DNA from: Klebsiella phage FKP3
DNA: 64,000 nucleotides
Sequence record: PP895363.1
Reading direction: 5' to 3' (one strand)
A model generated the notes under the pieces. That model did not search any database and was not told the origin of the DNA. It saw nothing but the letters and a program-made list of their open reading frames with translations. Positions 46,784 to 55,888 of this stretch are shown piece after piece (within the stretch, counting starts at the first letter, position 1; each line of letters starts with the position of its first letter). The position numbers and the translations under genes were made by a program.

Positions 46784-47746
46784 TTGCAAGAACCACAGTT
46801 GTATTTTGATAACAAATTTGGTAGTGGTTGTGATTACCATAGAATAGTTCTGCCCTATACTAATAGTAATTTTAAACCAAAAGAAAATGTACTGGTTTTT
46901 AATAGAGTTTTTTTCTCTTGGTGCCGAGGAAGTAAAAATAGCTAAGTTAAAGGGCTATAAAATAATTGTGGATTTGGATGACTATTATGAGTTAAATAAA
47001 GAACACTATTTAGCCAAGCATTTTACAGAACATGCTAAAGTAATTGAAGAGATGGTTAAGTTGGCAGATGTTGTTACTGTTACAACAGAATACTTAGCAT
47101 ACAAACTTCGTCATTTAAATAGAAATATTGTGGTGATTAAAAATGCATTACCTTTTGATCAACTACAATTCACTTTAAGTGAAGACACTACATCAAACAC
47201 ACCTATCGTTTGGGCGGGAGGTGCTAGTCATGAACGGGATTTGAGTTTAGTTGTAAATTCTTTTCCAGCAGGACTATTTACTATTGCCGGGTATGATATT
47301 TATCCAACCGCAAAGCCAGGGTCAATTGAATGTTTAGTACACTCTGCATGGGCTAAAATAATGACTAAATTTCCAGCAAGCAATTACGTAAAAGCCATTA
47401 AAGATTTAAATACGTATATGAATGTGTATAATGGTCATCAAATAGCAATCGCGCCTTTGGTAGAGAATGAGTTCAATGCTTGTAAAAGTAATCTTAAAAT
47501 CTTAGAAGCTGGCGCTAAAGGTCTGCCTATTGTTTGCTCTAAAGTGTTACCCTATTACAATCCTATAGATGAAAAGTAGTAATTTACGCTGAAAATACTT
47601 TTGAATGGAAACAAGAGGTTGACAAATTACTAAAAAATCCAAACTATAGAAAAGATAAAGGTGAGGCTCTAGCAGAACATGTCCGTTTACACTATGCACT
47701 AGAAGATGCTAATGAATTACGTCGCCAAGTGGTTGAAAGTTTATAA
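46784..47746 (+). pseudogene. GT-B-like glycosyltransferase interrupted by two homopolymer frameshifts (T7 at 46908-46914; A4 at 47572-47575)
   Basis: three consecutive frames each encode a credible GT segment: TTG-start FDNKFGSGCDYHRIVLPY.., then ..KIIVDLDD..PIVWAGGASHERD..AKGLPIV.., then IYAENTFEWKQEVDKLLKNP..AEHVRLHY. Confidence 0.5.
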
Positions 47747-47757
47747 TTAGGAGCAAT

Positions 47758-48021
47758 ATGAATACGTTTGATTTTTTATATAACATGGACGGAATGTCTC
47801 TTACAATTGAGGTAGATTTTTATTATACAGAACCAGACCCATATGCAGACAATGATTGGGACTACTCTGGGGGTTTATATATTGATGCTGTAAGAGTTTT
47901 CCATAAACAGAAAGAGGTTTTTAATATTGATCTTCCAATTAAAGAAATTGAATATCAATTTAAAAAGTATCTAGAAGAAAAAGAAATTGAATTTGTAATG
48001 GAGCACAATGCATCCTTTTAA
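47758..48021 (+). CDS. hypothetical protein
   Basis: ORF 87 aa. Confidence 0.45.
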   Translation: MNTFDFLYNMDGMSLTIEVDFYYTEPDPYADNDWDYSGGLYIDAVRVFHKQKEVFNIDLPIKEIEYQFKKYLEEKEIEFVMEHNASF

Positions 48022-48033
48022 TGGAGATTTTAA

Positions 48034-49803
48034 GTGTCTGAAAACTTAATCACAAGATTTGGTATAACAATAGATTTAAGCCGAGAAGGTCATACAGGTT
48101 GCCCACGATGCATAAGTAATGGTAATGACAGGTCACGTAATAACCTGATGGTGTATGGTCTAGACCAAAATCTGGAACACAGAGGAGCTAAGTGTTTTGC
48201 TTGTCATTACACGATACCTAGCGTAGAGTGGCTAAGAGAAAACGGGGAAGAGCTTGAGGAAGAGGAGGAAATAGTGGGATCAGAGTTTAATCCTGAAATT
48301 CGTAAACTTATTGTGGAGAGTACAGGAACTGACTCCAGAAATTATCGTGGTATAAAAACAGAATACTCTAAGTTTTATGCTGTTCGTTATGAATACGATA
48401 ATGAAAGAAATGTTGTTTCTGTATTATATCCTACAACTATCGATGGAAGTTTAGTAGGTTTTAAAAAACGTATTCATCCTAAAGATTTTAGTAAGCCAAT
48501 TGGACAAGTAGGAAAAGACGTAGAGTTGTTTGGGCAAGTAAAATTTAAGGAGAGGAATCATACCATTCTTATTACAGGCGGCGAACATGACGTACTAGCC
48601 GCTTACCAAATGCTTTCCGAGAACATGGATAAAAAATACGAGGTGCCTGCTGTTGTATGTGGTACTACTGGTGAAATTAGTGCATACAAACAGATTCAAG
48701 CACAATACCATTTTCTTAGTCAGTTTAAGAAAATCATTATTTGTATGGATAATGACAAAGCTGGCGAAGAAGCATTTCAGAACATTCTAAAAGTATTACC
48801 TCGTAACAAAGTTTATCTAATGAAGATGGAACTGAAGGATGCTAATAAATATCTTGAAGAAGGTAGAGAAAAAGACTTTGTTAAAGCTTTTTGGGGAGCT
48901 AAACTGTACACCCCGGCTGGGGTATATGCCTCAAACGTCCTGTATGAGGCTGCACTGGAATGCCTAGAAGCAAAGGTTATCACCCTACCTAGCTTCATGC
49001 GCGTGGCTGCTAACATGCTTGGTGGCGGTTTAGTTGAGGAAGAGATTACTGTTATTTTAGCTAAAACAAGTATCGGTAAAACTCTCCTAGTGAATGAGAT
49101 CACTAAACATATAATCACAGCCCATCCAGAGCATACGTTAGGCATATTATCTTTGGAAGCAACGTATAAAAAGTATTCCAGAAACCTTCTTTCTGCATAC
49201 TTGCATGTTCCTTTACATAGAAAAACAGCGGAAGAAAAGCAACACATTCTCGAAGAAAATAAAGATAAGATTGTTAGATTTTATGAACGTCCTGACGGTA
49301 GTCCTCGTTTCTATGTTTGTGATGACCGTGGTGCTAATGTTGAAAGCATCCAAGAAAAAGTACTGGAAATGATCATCCACTATGGTGTTACAATTCTTGT
49401 AATTGACCCTTATTCCGATCTACTTTCAGGGATGTCTGTACAAGAGCAGGAAGAGCTAGCTACTTGGTTGAAACGTATTATGAAAGAATATGGTATAACT
49501 ATCATAGTAATTTCTCACGTTAAGAAATCTTCAAATAATAGTGATGAGCATATCACTGAAGACGATGCAATGGGGAGTAGCTTCCTTGCTAAAGGTGCAG
49601 GTATTACTATTGCCTTGGAGCGCGATAAACAAGCAGAAGACCCTATGGAACGTAATCGTACATACTGCTATATCTTGAAGAATCGGGAATTCTCTGAGAC
49701 TGGTAAAGCTGGAAGTTTCTTTTATGAAATTAAAACAGCCACCCTGTATGACTACGATCAATACACAAGTAATCCAAACAATATCCCGGAAGGGAGTTAC
49801 TAA
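48034..49803 (+). CDS. T7 gp4-like bifunctional DNA primase/helicase
   Basis: zinc finger CPRC..CFAC, TOPRIM (ITGGEHD, CMDNDKAGEEA), DnaB-type Walker A AKTSIGKT. Confidence 0.8.
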   Translation: MSENLITRFGITIDLSREGHTGCPRCISNGNDRSRNNLMVYGLDQNLEHRGAKCFACHYTIPSVEWLRENGEELEEEEEIVGSEFNPEIRKLIVESTGTDSRNYRGIKTEYSKFYAVRYEYDNERNVVSVLYPTTIDGSLVGFKKRIHPKDFSKPIGQVGKDVELFGQVKFKERNHTILITGGEHDVLAAYQMLSENMDKKYEVPAVVCGTTGEISAYKQIQAQYHFLSQFKKIIICMDNDKAGEEAFQNILKVLPRNKVYLMKMELKDANKYLEEGREKDFVKAFWGAKLYTPAGVYASNVLYEAALECLEAKVITLPSFMRVAANMLGGGLVEEEITVILAKTSIGKTLLVNEITKHIITAHPEHTLGILSLEATYKKYSRNLLSAYLHVPLHRKTAEEKQHILEENKDKIVRFYERPDGSPRFYVCDDRGANVESIQEKVLEMIIHYGVTILVIDPYSDLLSGMSVQEQEELATWLKRIMKEYGITIIVISHVKKSSNNSDEHITEDDAMGSSFLAKGAGITIALERDKQAEDPMERNRTYCYILKNREFSETGKAGSFFYEIKTATLYDYDQYTSNPNNIPEGSY

Positions 49804-49806
49804 GAC

Positions 49807-49820
49807 AGGGGCGAAAGCCC
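49807..49820 (+). terminator. GGGGC-GAAA-GCCCC hairpin (weak U-tract; TTGACA follows)
   Basis: read directly. Confidence 0.4.
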
Positions 49821-49841
49821 CTTGACATAGAGGAGAAAATT

Positions 49842-50159
49842 ATGATAAAGTTAAAAGGTTCTGTTACTACAGTAGAAGAAATGGATGTAGAAATAACTCC
49901 GAAAGAACTCTCAGCTCAAACACAGAAAAATTTTTCAGCATTTGAAATTGTACAAATGGCTTATCTTAAGTGGTTAGGTAGTAAAGGTCTTGGTTCAGAC
50001 ATTAAACTCTGCCATAACTCCCACGCAGGGTATTATTTTACAGAGTATGAAAATCATGGAAGCCATTATTCAGGATACTATGAAGTTCGTGGGGCGTATG
50101 AAGAAGGCGATGAAATAATTTATAATCAATTCCAAGAATTAATGGCTATTCTTAAATAA
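49842..50159 (+). CDS. hypothetical protein
   Basis: ORF 105 aa. Confidence 0.45.
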   Translation: MIKLKGSVTTVEEMDVEITPKELSAQTQKNFSAFEIVQMAYLKWLGSKGLGSDIKLCHNSHAGYYFTEYENHGSHYSGYYEVRGAYEEGDEIIYNQFQELMAILK

Positions 50160-50172
50160 TAAGGAGGAAGAC

Positions 50173-50859
50173 TTGAAACGTACTGAACATTATCTATACA
50201 ATACTTGGAATTGCATGACACAACGTTGTGAAAATCCAAACAATTCCAACTATACTCAATATGGTTTGAAAGGTATTGATGTTTGTGAACGTTGGTCTTC
50301 CTTTAATCCAGAAGGTTTTAATAACTTTATTCACGACATGGGTGATCGTCCAGAAGGTATGACTTTAGATAGGATAGACACATATAAAGGGTATTCTGTA
50401 GATAACTGTCGATGGGCATCAAAAAGAACTCAACAAAATAATAGACGCATTAATAAGAATAATACCAGTACTGTGCCAGGTGTTCAATGGTCGTCAAATT
50501 CCTCTTGTTGGGTAGCTTCTATATTTCTAAATGGTAAAAATGTTGTTATAGGTAGGTATTCAAATCTAAAAACAGCAGAAAAGTATTATCAACGATCTCT
50601 TGCAATCAAACAAAAATATACAGATAATCTTGCCCTCCTTTGGATAAAAAGGCAAACAGTAAGAACACCCAAAGATAAAAGACTTAATGTACATAAAACT
50701 TCTAAGTATTATGGTGTGTCTTGGGACAAATCACGTAATAAGTGGAAAGCACAAGTAAGTGAAAGACGAGAAGGAAGGCTCGTATCCGTTTTTATTGGTA
50801 GATATAACAGAGAAGAAGAGGCACGAGATGCTGTTTTAAAATATTTGGAGGTGAAATGA
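50173..50859 (+). CDS. HNH homing endonuclease with two AP2 DNA-binding domains
   Basis: YNTWNCMTQRC..YGLKGIDVCERW, LDRIDTYKGYSVDNCRWAS..QQNNRR, then two GVxW..W.A.I..GR.. AP2-like repeats; sits between primase-helicase and DNA polymerase. Confidence 0.6.
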   Translation: MKRTEHYLYNTWNCMTQRCENPNNSNYTQYGLKGIDVCERWSSFNPEGFNNFIHDMGDRPEGMTLDRIDTYKGYSVDNCRWASKRTQQNNRRINKNNTSTVPGVQWSSNSSCWVASIFLNGKNVVIGRYSNLKTAEKYYQRSLAIKQKYTDNLALLWIKRQTVRTPKDKRLNVHKTSKYYGVSWDKSRNKWKAQVSERREGRLVSVFIGRYNREEEARDAVLKYLEVK

Positions 50860-53435
50860 GTAGTTTTACTTGGGATATCGAAGCAAGTAACCTTTTAAAC
50901 GACTCTTCGATAGATTACTTAAAAAGCCCATATAGACTAAAAGATTCTTTCAATATGCACTGCATTGTTCTTGAGAATCACGAGACACAAGAAATTATTG
51001 CTTTCTATAACGGGCCAACGTATATTTTTGATGGAAGACCGTATGAAGAAGACGATGGCAAATATTTATACGAATTAAAAGAATATGTACATCAAGAATA
51101 TACACATTTTCAACTGGACGAATTTCCAGATTTTGTCAATCATACTGGCAGGTTTGCAAATAAAGAAGAATATCGTATTGAGAAAGCTGTAGCCCATAAT
51201 GGTATTAACTATGACTGGTTAGCTGTCAAGCTATATTTTGGGCTTAACTATAGTATTAAATACGGTACATGGGGTAACAATAAAGTTGAACTTATTGACT
51301 CTATGATTTTAAGTAAGGTGTTAAACCCTGATCGATTTGGTGGTCATAGTCTTGCTGAATTATCCAGTAAAGCAGGCGGTGATGTTAAAATTGATTTTCG
51401 TAAGAATATTCCTGAACAGGATAGGTTTAAAACATTTGCAGCAGACATGCTTTACTACTGTATTTACGATAACAAATCTAACACCGCAGTATATAAATAT
51501 CTTATGGATGAATGGGGAGACTATGATAAATGGGCTGAGCCTTTCGCACTAGAACAACGTGTTGCAGACATTATTACTCGTCAGGAACACCGTGGATTTG
51601 CTTTTAACAAGAAACAGGCTGAAGAAAATATTGCAGACTTAGATCAGAAGATGGAAGAACGTAGGCTCCAGGCAGAACCAATTCTTCCACCAAAACCTGC
51701 AACGAAAGGTTATTTGAAAGCTTTTATTCCACCTAAACTTCAGTTTAAGAAGAATGGTGAACCCACTAGTAATATTCTTAAGTTTGCAGAAAAACATGGT
51801 GGGGAAATTGTTAAGAGAGAAGAGGATTATTATCTTATTGCATTAGGTAAAGAGTTTTTACTCCCTATCTCAAGTGAAGATCCTATTTGTGATCCTACTG
51901 TTCCGGCAACACTGGATGATACTACCCATATTAAAGATTGGTTAGTAGGGTTAGGATGGAGTCCATCTGAGTACAAAGATAAAGATTTAACCCTTAAATC
52001 TGGTACTAAGATTAAGAAAACACCTGAACAATTAGAAAAAGGTATCAAAGATTATGTAGAACAAACCTTAGCATCTAATTTTTGTGCTGATCGTTGTGAA
52101 CATTTGGACTGTACCCCGGAAACCTTAGAATGGAAGATCCGAGATCGTATAGAGAAAGGTAAAGGGCGTGGTCTTAAGGTACTAACCAATCCATCCTTTA
52201 CTAAAGGACAGGAAAAAGATATTTGCCCTAACTTGGTTGAATTAGGGGAGAAATTCCCATATGCTACTCAAATCGTAGAATACCTGACATTTAAACACCG
52301 TAGGAACTCTATCCTTGGAGGCGGTGCGGAATGGGATGAAGACGAGGAAGATTACGAGAAAGGTTATCTTGCTGCGGTGCGCTCTGATGGGCGTATTCCT
52401 ACTCCTGCTGCGACATGTGATGCTGCTACAAGTCGTATGAAACATAGACTCGTTGCCAACATTCCTCGTGTAACCTCTTTATACGGTCATGAAATGCGCA
52501 ACTTGTTTGGTGTAGAAGTACCTTATTATTTCCAGATTGGTTACGATTTTGATTCGTTAGAAGCAAAAATAGAAAGCCATTATTGTTGGAGATATGAGTC
52601 TGAACCACATGAGTATTGTAACGCTCTCTTGTTAGAGAAACCACATGATGTTCACTCTATGATGGCAAGACGCATTACAGAGACAATTGGACGTAAGTTT
52701 GAACGTTCTCCGGCTAAATCTGTTAAATACGGTATTACATATGGTGCGCAAGCTCCTAAAGTTGCCAAAACAATTGGTAGCGACATGTACACTGGACAAC
52801 TGGTTTACGATGCATTTTGGGAAGCTGCTAAACCTCTTGCATTGTTGAAAGAACGTCTGCATGATTTTTGGGTGAAAACAGGTAAGAAATACATTCTGGG
52901 TATTGATGGACGTAAAGTTCCAACTCGTTCACCACATGCTATTCTGAATTCACTATTTCAAAGTGGCGGGGTTATTTGCGCTAAACGTGCAATGGTGATT
53001 TACGATGACCTTATTGAAGAAGAAGGTTTAGCTGTTGACTTCTTCGTTGATGACTGGAAAAATAAATCGTTCGTGCAACAAATGATTGCTTATCATGATG
53101 AAGCCCAACTGGAAGTCACTCGTGATCTTGTTGAGTTTAAATGGTTCTCTAAAGAATCCCTTGGATGGACTCAAGTGGATGATGAAAAAGAACAGGAAAA
53201 AATAGACAAAGAGTGTGTGGCTAAGGTTAACGCATGGAAAGCAGAAGAAGAGGCGCGTACAGGAAAAATTTGGGCGAACGTTCATGAATCTCCTAAAGGA
53301 GGTTGGTTCACCGCTTATAGTCGTCCTGGAGAATTAGCATCCCTCGCTGTTAAGAAAGCTGGAGAATTTTATAATTTGAACGTTGAATTAACCGCAGGCT
53401 ATGATGTTGGTAACTCTTGGTCGAGCTGTCATTAA
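50856..53435 (+). CDS. family A DNA polymerase, T7 gp5-like
   Basis: exo motif WDIEASNLL, pol motif B KSVKYGITYG, motif C YHDE, DGRKVPTRSPHAILNSLFQS and C-terminal ...NSWSSCH parallel T7 gp5 (...PNWAICH). Confidence 0.85.
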   Translation: MSSFTWDIEASNLLNDSSIDYLKSPYRLKDSFNMHCIVLENHETQEIIAFYNGPTYIFDGRPYEEDDGKYLYELKEYVHQEYTHFQLDEFPDFVNHTGRFANKEEYRIEKAVAHNGINYDWLAVKLYFGLNYSIKYGTWGNNKVELIDSMILSKVLNPDRFGGHSLAELSSKAGGDVKIDFRKNIPEQDRFKTFAADMLYYCIYDNKSNTAVYKYLMDEWGDYDKWAEPFALEQRVADIITRQEHRGFAFNKKQAEENIADLDQKMEERRLQAEPILPPKPATKGYLKAFIPPKLQFKKNGEPTSNILKFAEKHGGEIVKREEDYYLIALGKEFLLPISSEDPICDPTVPATLDDTTHIKDWLVGLGWSPSEYKDKDLTLKSGTKIKKTPEQLEKGIKDYVEQTLASNFCADRCEHLDCTPETLEWKIRDRIEKGKGRGLKVLTNPSFTKGQEKDICPNLVELGEKFPYATQIVEYLTFKHRRNSILGGGAEWDEDEEDYEKGYLAAVRSDGRIPTPAATCDAATSRMKHRLVANIPRVTSLYGHEMRNLFGVEVPYYFQIGYDFDSLEAKIESHYCWRYESEPHEYCNALLLEKPHDVHSMMARRITETIGRKFERSPAKSVKYGITYGAQAPKVAKTIGSDMYTGQLVYDAFWEAAKPLALLKERLHDFWVKTGKKYILGIDGRKVPTRSPHAILNSLFQSGGVICAKRAMVIYDDLIEEEGLAVDFFVDDWKNKSFVQQMIAYHDEAQLEVTRDLVEFKWFSKESLGWTQVDDEKEQEKIDKECVAKVNAWKAEEEARTGKIWANVHESPKGGWFTAYSRPGELASLAVKKAGEFYNLNVELTAGYDVGNSWSSCH

Positions 53436-53439
53436 AAAA

Positions 53440-53453
53440 GGGGCAAAAGCCCC
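53440..53453 (+). terminator. GGGGC-AAAA-GCCCC hairpin
   Basis: variant of the recurrent hairpin, 4 nt after DNAP stop. Confidence 0.4.
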
Positions 53454-53471
53454 TTGTGAGAGGAGAAGAGA

Positions 53472-53648
53472 ATGGGTGATATGATTTTTAAAGTGGATTT
53501 TATTCGTTATGACGAAGACATGATCTCTGCTATTTCTGGGTATACGAGATACTTCAAAGACCCAGTGAAAGCAAACGAAGAAGCTGGAAAGTGGATAAGT
53601 AAATCCAATCGTAACGAAGTAATTACAAATGTTGTGGAGGTAGAATAA
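53472..53648 (+). CDS. small hypothetical protein (58 aa)
   Basis: hand-found, GGAGAAGAG RBS. Confidence 0.35.
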   Translation: MGDMIFKVDFIRYDEDMISAISGYTRYFKDPVKANEEAGKWISKSNRNEVITNVVEVE

Positions 53649-54307
53649 TGGGATTTATTATGGATGTTGCAGATCAAAAACGTGAAGCTACCGAGCTTCT
53701 CTCCAAACTACGCATGGTCGATCCATTTGCAATGATTGCAGGTGGTGCTCCTCGCGATTGGTATTTTAATAAATCCGCTAAGGATTTAGATGTATATATG
53801 CGTCTACCTAATCATAATACTGTGGCGCTAGTTTCAGATTTAGCACGTCTGGTAGGTATTACACATCTCAGTAAAATTGATAAAGTTAAAGAATCCACAT
53901 ATGCTGAACTACCCAACCTTAAATGGGTGTTTATCGGGGAATATAACGGCTTACCTGTCAATCTTATGGTAATGGAGAAAGGTGTACGTGAAGAGATTAT
54001 TAAAGACTTCGACGTAGCTATCTGCCGTGCGTGGTTTGACGGTGAACAGTGTCATTATATGGAAGAATTTGAGTTTTGCGTTAAAACTCGTATCTGCCTC
54101 GTTCATGAAAAGTATACTGGGAAAGAAGCGCACCTGCGGAAGATGGCTAAACGTTTCCCACAATTTATGTTCTATAAGAAAGTTGAGATTGAAGAAGAAC
54201 CTTATGTATCCTTTGACATTCCGAGTAGTAGTCCTCCATGTGCATCCCTCCCCATACCTCGTCGGAAGAAGTCATTAGATGATGCCTGGGATGATGATAA
54301 AATTTGA
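53648..54307 (+). CDS. minimal class II (CCA-adding/poly(A) polymerase-like) nucleotidyltransferase head domain
   Basis: GGAPRDWYFNKSAKDLDVYM matches GGAVRD..KDxD head motif of CCA enzymes; only 219 aa. Confidence 0.45.
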   Translation: MGFIMDVADQKREATELLSKLRMVDPFAMIAGGAPRDWYFNKSAKDLDVYMRLPNHNTVALVSDLARLVGITHLSKIDKVKESTYAELPNLKWVFIGEYNGLPVNLMVMEKGVREEIIKDFDVAICRAWFDGEQCHYMEEFEFCVKTRICLVHEKYTGKEAHLRKMAKRFPQFMFYKKVEIEEEPYVSFDIPSSSPPCASLPIPRRKKSLDDAWDDDKI

Positions 54308-54317
54308 TAATTTGGGG

Positions 54318-54348
54318 TTGACAAACCCCGTTATTTTGTGTTACTATG
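54318..54348 (+). promoter_or_regulatory. sigma70-like promoter TTGACA-N17-TTACTA/TACTAT
   Basis: read directly. Confidence 0.45.
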
Positions 54349-54357
54349 AGGACTTGA

Positions 54358-54756
54358 ATGGCGAATACAAAAAGTAAAGTACTTGTTGAAACATCATATA
54401 GCAGAGAGATTAACTCTCTCATTTTGACAGAAAAGGATGTTCAACCTCAAGATAATTCTTTTTACATTCAAGTATTAGTTTTGTTAGGTGGTTTTATAAG
54501 AGTGACTACTAGAGTTGATGGTGGAGAAATTTATACCACAGACATGACTAAGAAAGAATTTCAATTGCTCCAAGATAGTATCCGAGAAACAATAGACACT
54601 GAAAATAAAGCTAAACTTCTTACTCTAGGCAAGAGTAGAATAACAATGCTTCATTCCTCAAAAGGTGAAATTGGATTTGGGATCGGCAATAAAAAATATT
54701 TAATTGATGAAACAGACGTAACTCTTTTACGAGAGTTCTGCGTTAAAGTAATGTAA
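54358..54756 (+). CDS. hypothetical protein
   Basis: ORF 132 aa. Confidence 0.45.
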   Translation: MANTKSKVLVETSYSREINSLILTEKDVQPQDNSFYIQVLVLLGGFIRVTTRVDGGEIYTTDMTKKEFQLLQDSIRETIDTENKAKLLTLGKSRITMLHSSKGEIGFGIGNKKYLIDETDVTLLREFCVKVM

Positions 54757-54771
54757 TGAAGAGGAGAATTT

Positions 54772-55650
54772 ATGTCCGTAATTAAAACTGAAACTGATCG
54801 TAAAGGAAAAACTGTAACCTACGCAACAGGTATTGTAGATTTTGTTAAACTTGATAAGTTTGATGAACCAAAAACATTCCATTGGGATGGTAAAGCGATT
54901 GTTTCTACCCATAGAGCATCTTTAGCAATCAAAGCAAAAGACGCTAAACCAGAAGACAAAGGTATTTGGATTGGTCTTGGTGATATTGAAATTAAAGAAG
55001 GTTTTGATGATCTTCGTGTGAAGAATGGTGACGATTGGGTTACTATTGAAAAAGGTGTTGAAGTTAGTATTGATATTGATAAAGTTGATCAGCGTGGTGA
55101 TAAAACTTATTACAATACTAAAAAATCCCGAATCACGGTTATTTCTACTGATGGTGTAAAAGCCTCTGCTCCTAAAGCTGGAAAAGGCTCTGAAAGCGCT
55201 CCTGCTAAAGCACCTTTCAAGAAACGTGATACTGTCGGTATTGAAACAGGACACGCTGTAAATGGTGCTCTGGAGCTTATCCGTGGTGGTGTTAAGGGAG
55301 ATGCTTTTGAACTTGCAGGTGTTGTGCAATCAGCTACTGTAACACTGAAAGCAGAAGTAGCTAAGGAACGTGGAGTGGATGTTTCTGATTACGATCTCGG
55401 TGCTTCTGTAGGCCATGCAATTCTCAATGCTTGTCGAGATCATTCTCGTAGTGATGTGACTGTTGATGAGCTAATCGAAGCAGCTCGTGAAGTTCTACTC
55501 CTGTCTGATAAAGTGGCTTCGGCTATTCGTAGTGGCGGAGCTGTTCCCCCTGAAGTAGAGAAACCTAAAACGACAGGTAAACCTAAACAATCTAATCCAG
55601 CTCCGGCTCCAGAGCCTGCTGTAGATTTTGACGACGATATTCCTTTTTGA
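54772..55650 (+). CDS. single-stranded DNA-binding protein
   Basis: C-terminal acidic tail DFDDDIPF identical to E. coli SSB tip; located in replication module. Confidence 0.55.
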   Translation: MSVIKTETDRKGKTVTYATGIVDFVKLDKFDEPKTFHWDGKAIVSTHRASLAIKAKDAKPEDKGIWIGLGDIEIKEGFDDLRVKNGDDWVTIEKGVEVSIDIDKVDQRGDKTYYNTKKSRITVISTDGVKASAPKAGKGSESAPAKAPFKKRDTVGIETGHAVNGALELIRGGVKGDAFELAGVVQSATVTLKAEVAKERGVDVSDYDLGASVGHAILNACRDHSRSDVTVDELIEAAREVLLLSDKVASAIRSGGAVPPEVEKPKTTGKPKQSNPAPAPEPAVDFDDDIPF

Positions 55651-55704
55651 TATTCAGTGAATATTAGTTATTAACCACATTTTTAGCAAAAGTAAATAAA
55701 TAAA

Positions 55705-55727
55705 GGGAGCCAGATGGCTCCCTTTTT
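55705..55727. terminator. bidirectional rho-independent terminator
   Basis: gggagcc-agat-ggctccc flanked by A-run upstream and T-run downstream; separates plus block from minus tail block. Confidence 0.6.
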
Positions 55728-55729
55728 AC

Positions 55730-55882
55730 TTAGTCGAGTTCATTTTTAGCTAATTCGATCTGTTCTTCATGTGTTACAATGTTTCCATTGTCGTCTTTTT
55801 CTTGCACATGAAGACTTTTTGCAGCCAAAGTAGTAAATCTGACTTCAAATCTATTATTAAAAATATCTTGTAGCTCTTCCAT
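55730..55882 (-). CDS. small hypothetical protein (50 aa)
   Basis: hand-found, GAGG RBS. Confidence 0.3.
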   Translation of the reverse strand: MEELQDIFNNRFEVRFTTLAAKSLHVQEKDDNGNIVTHEEQIELAKNELD

Positions 55883-55888
55883 AAAACC

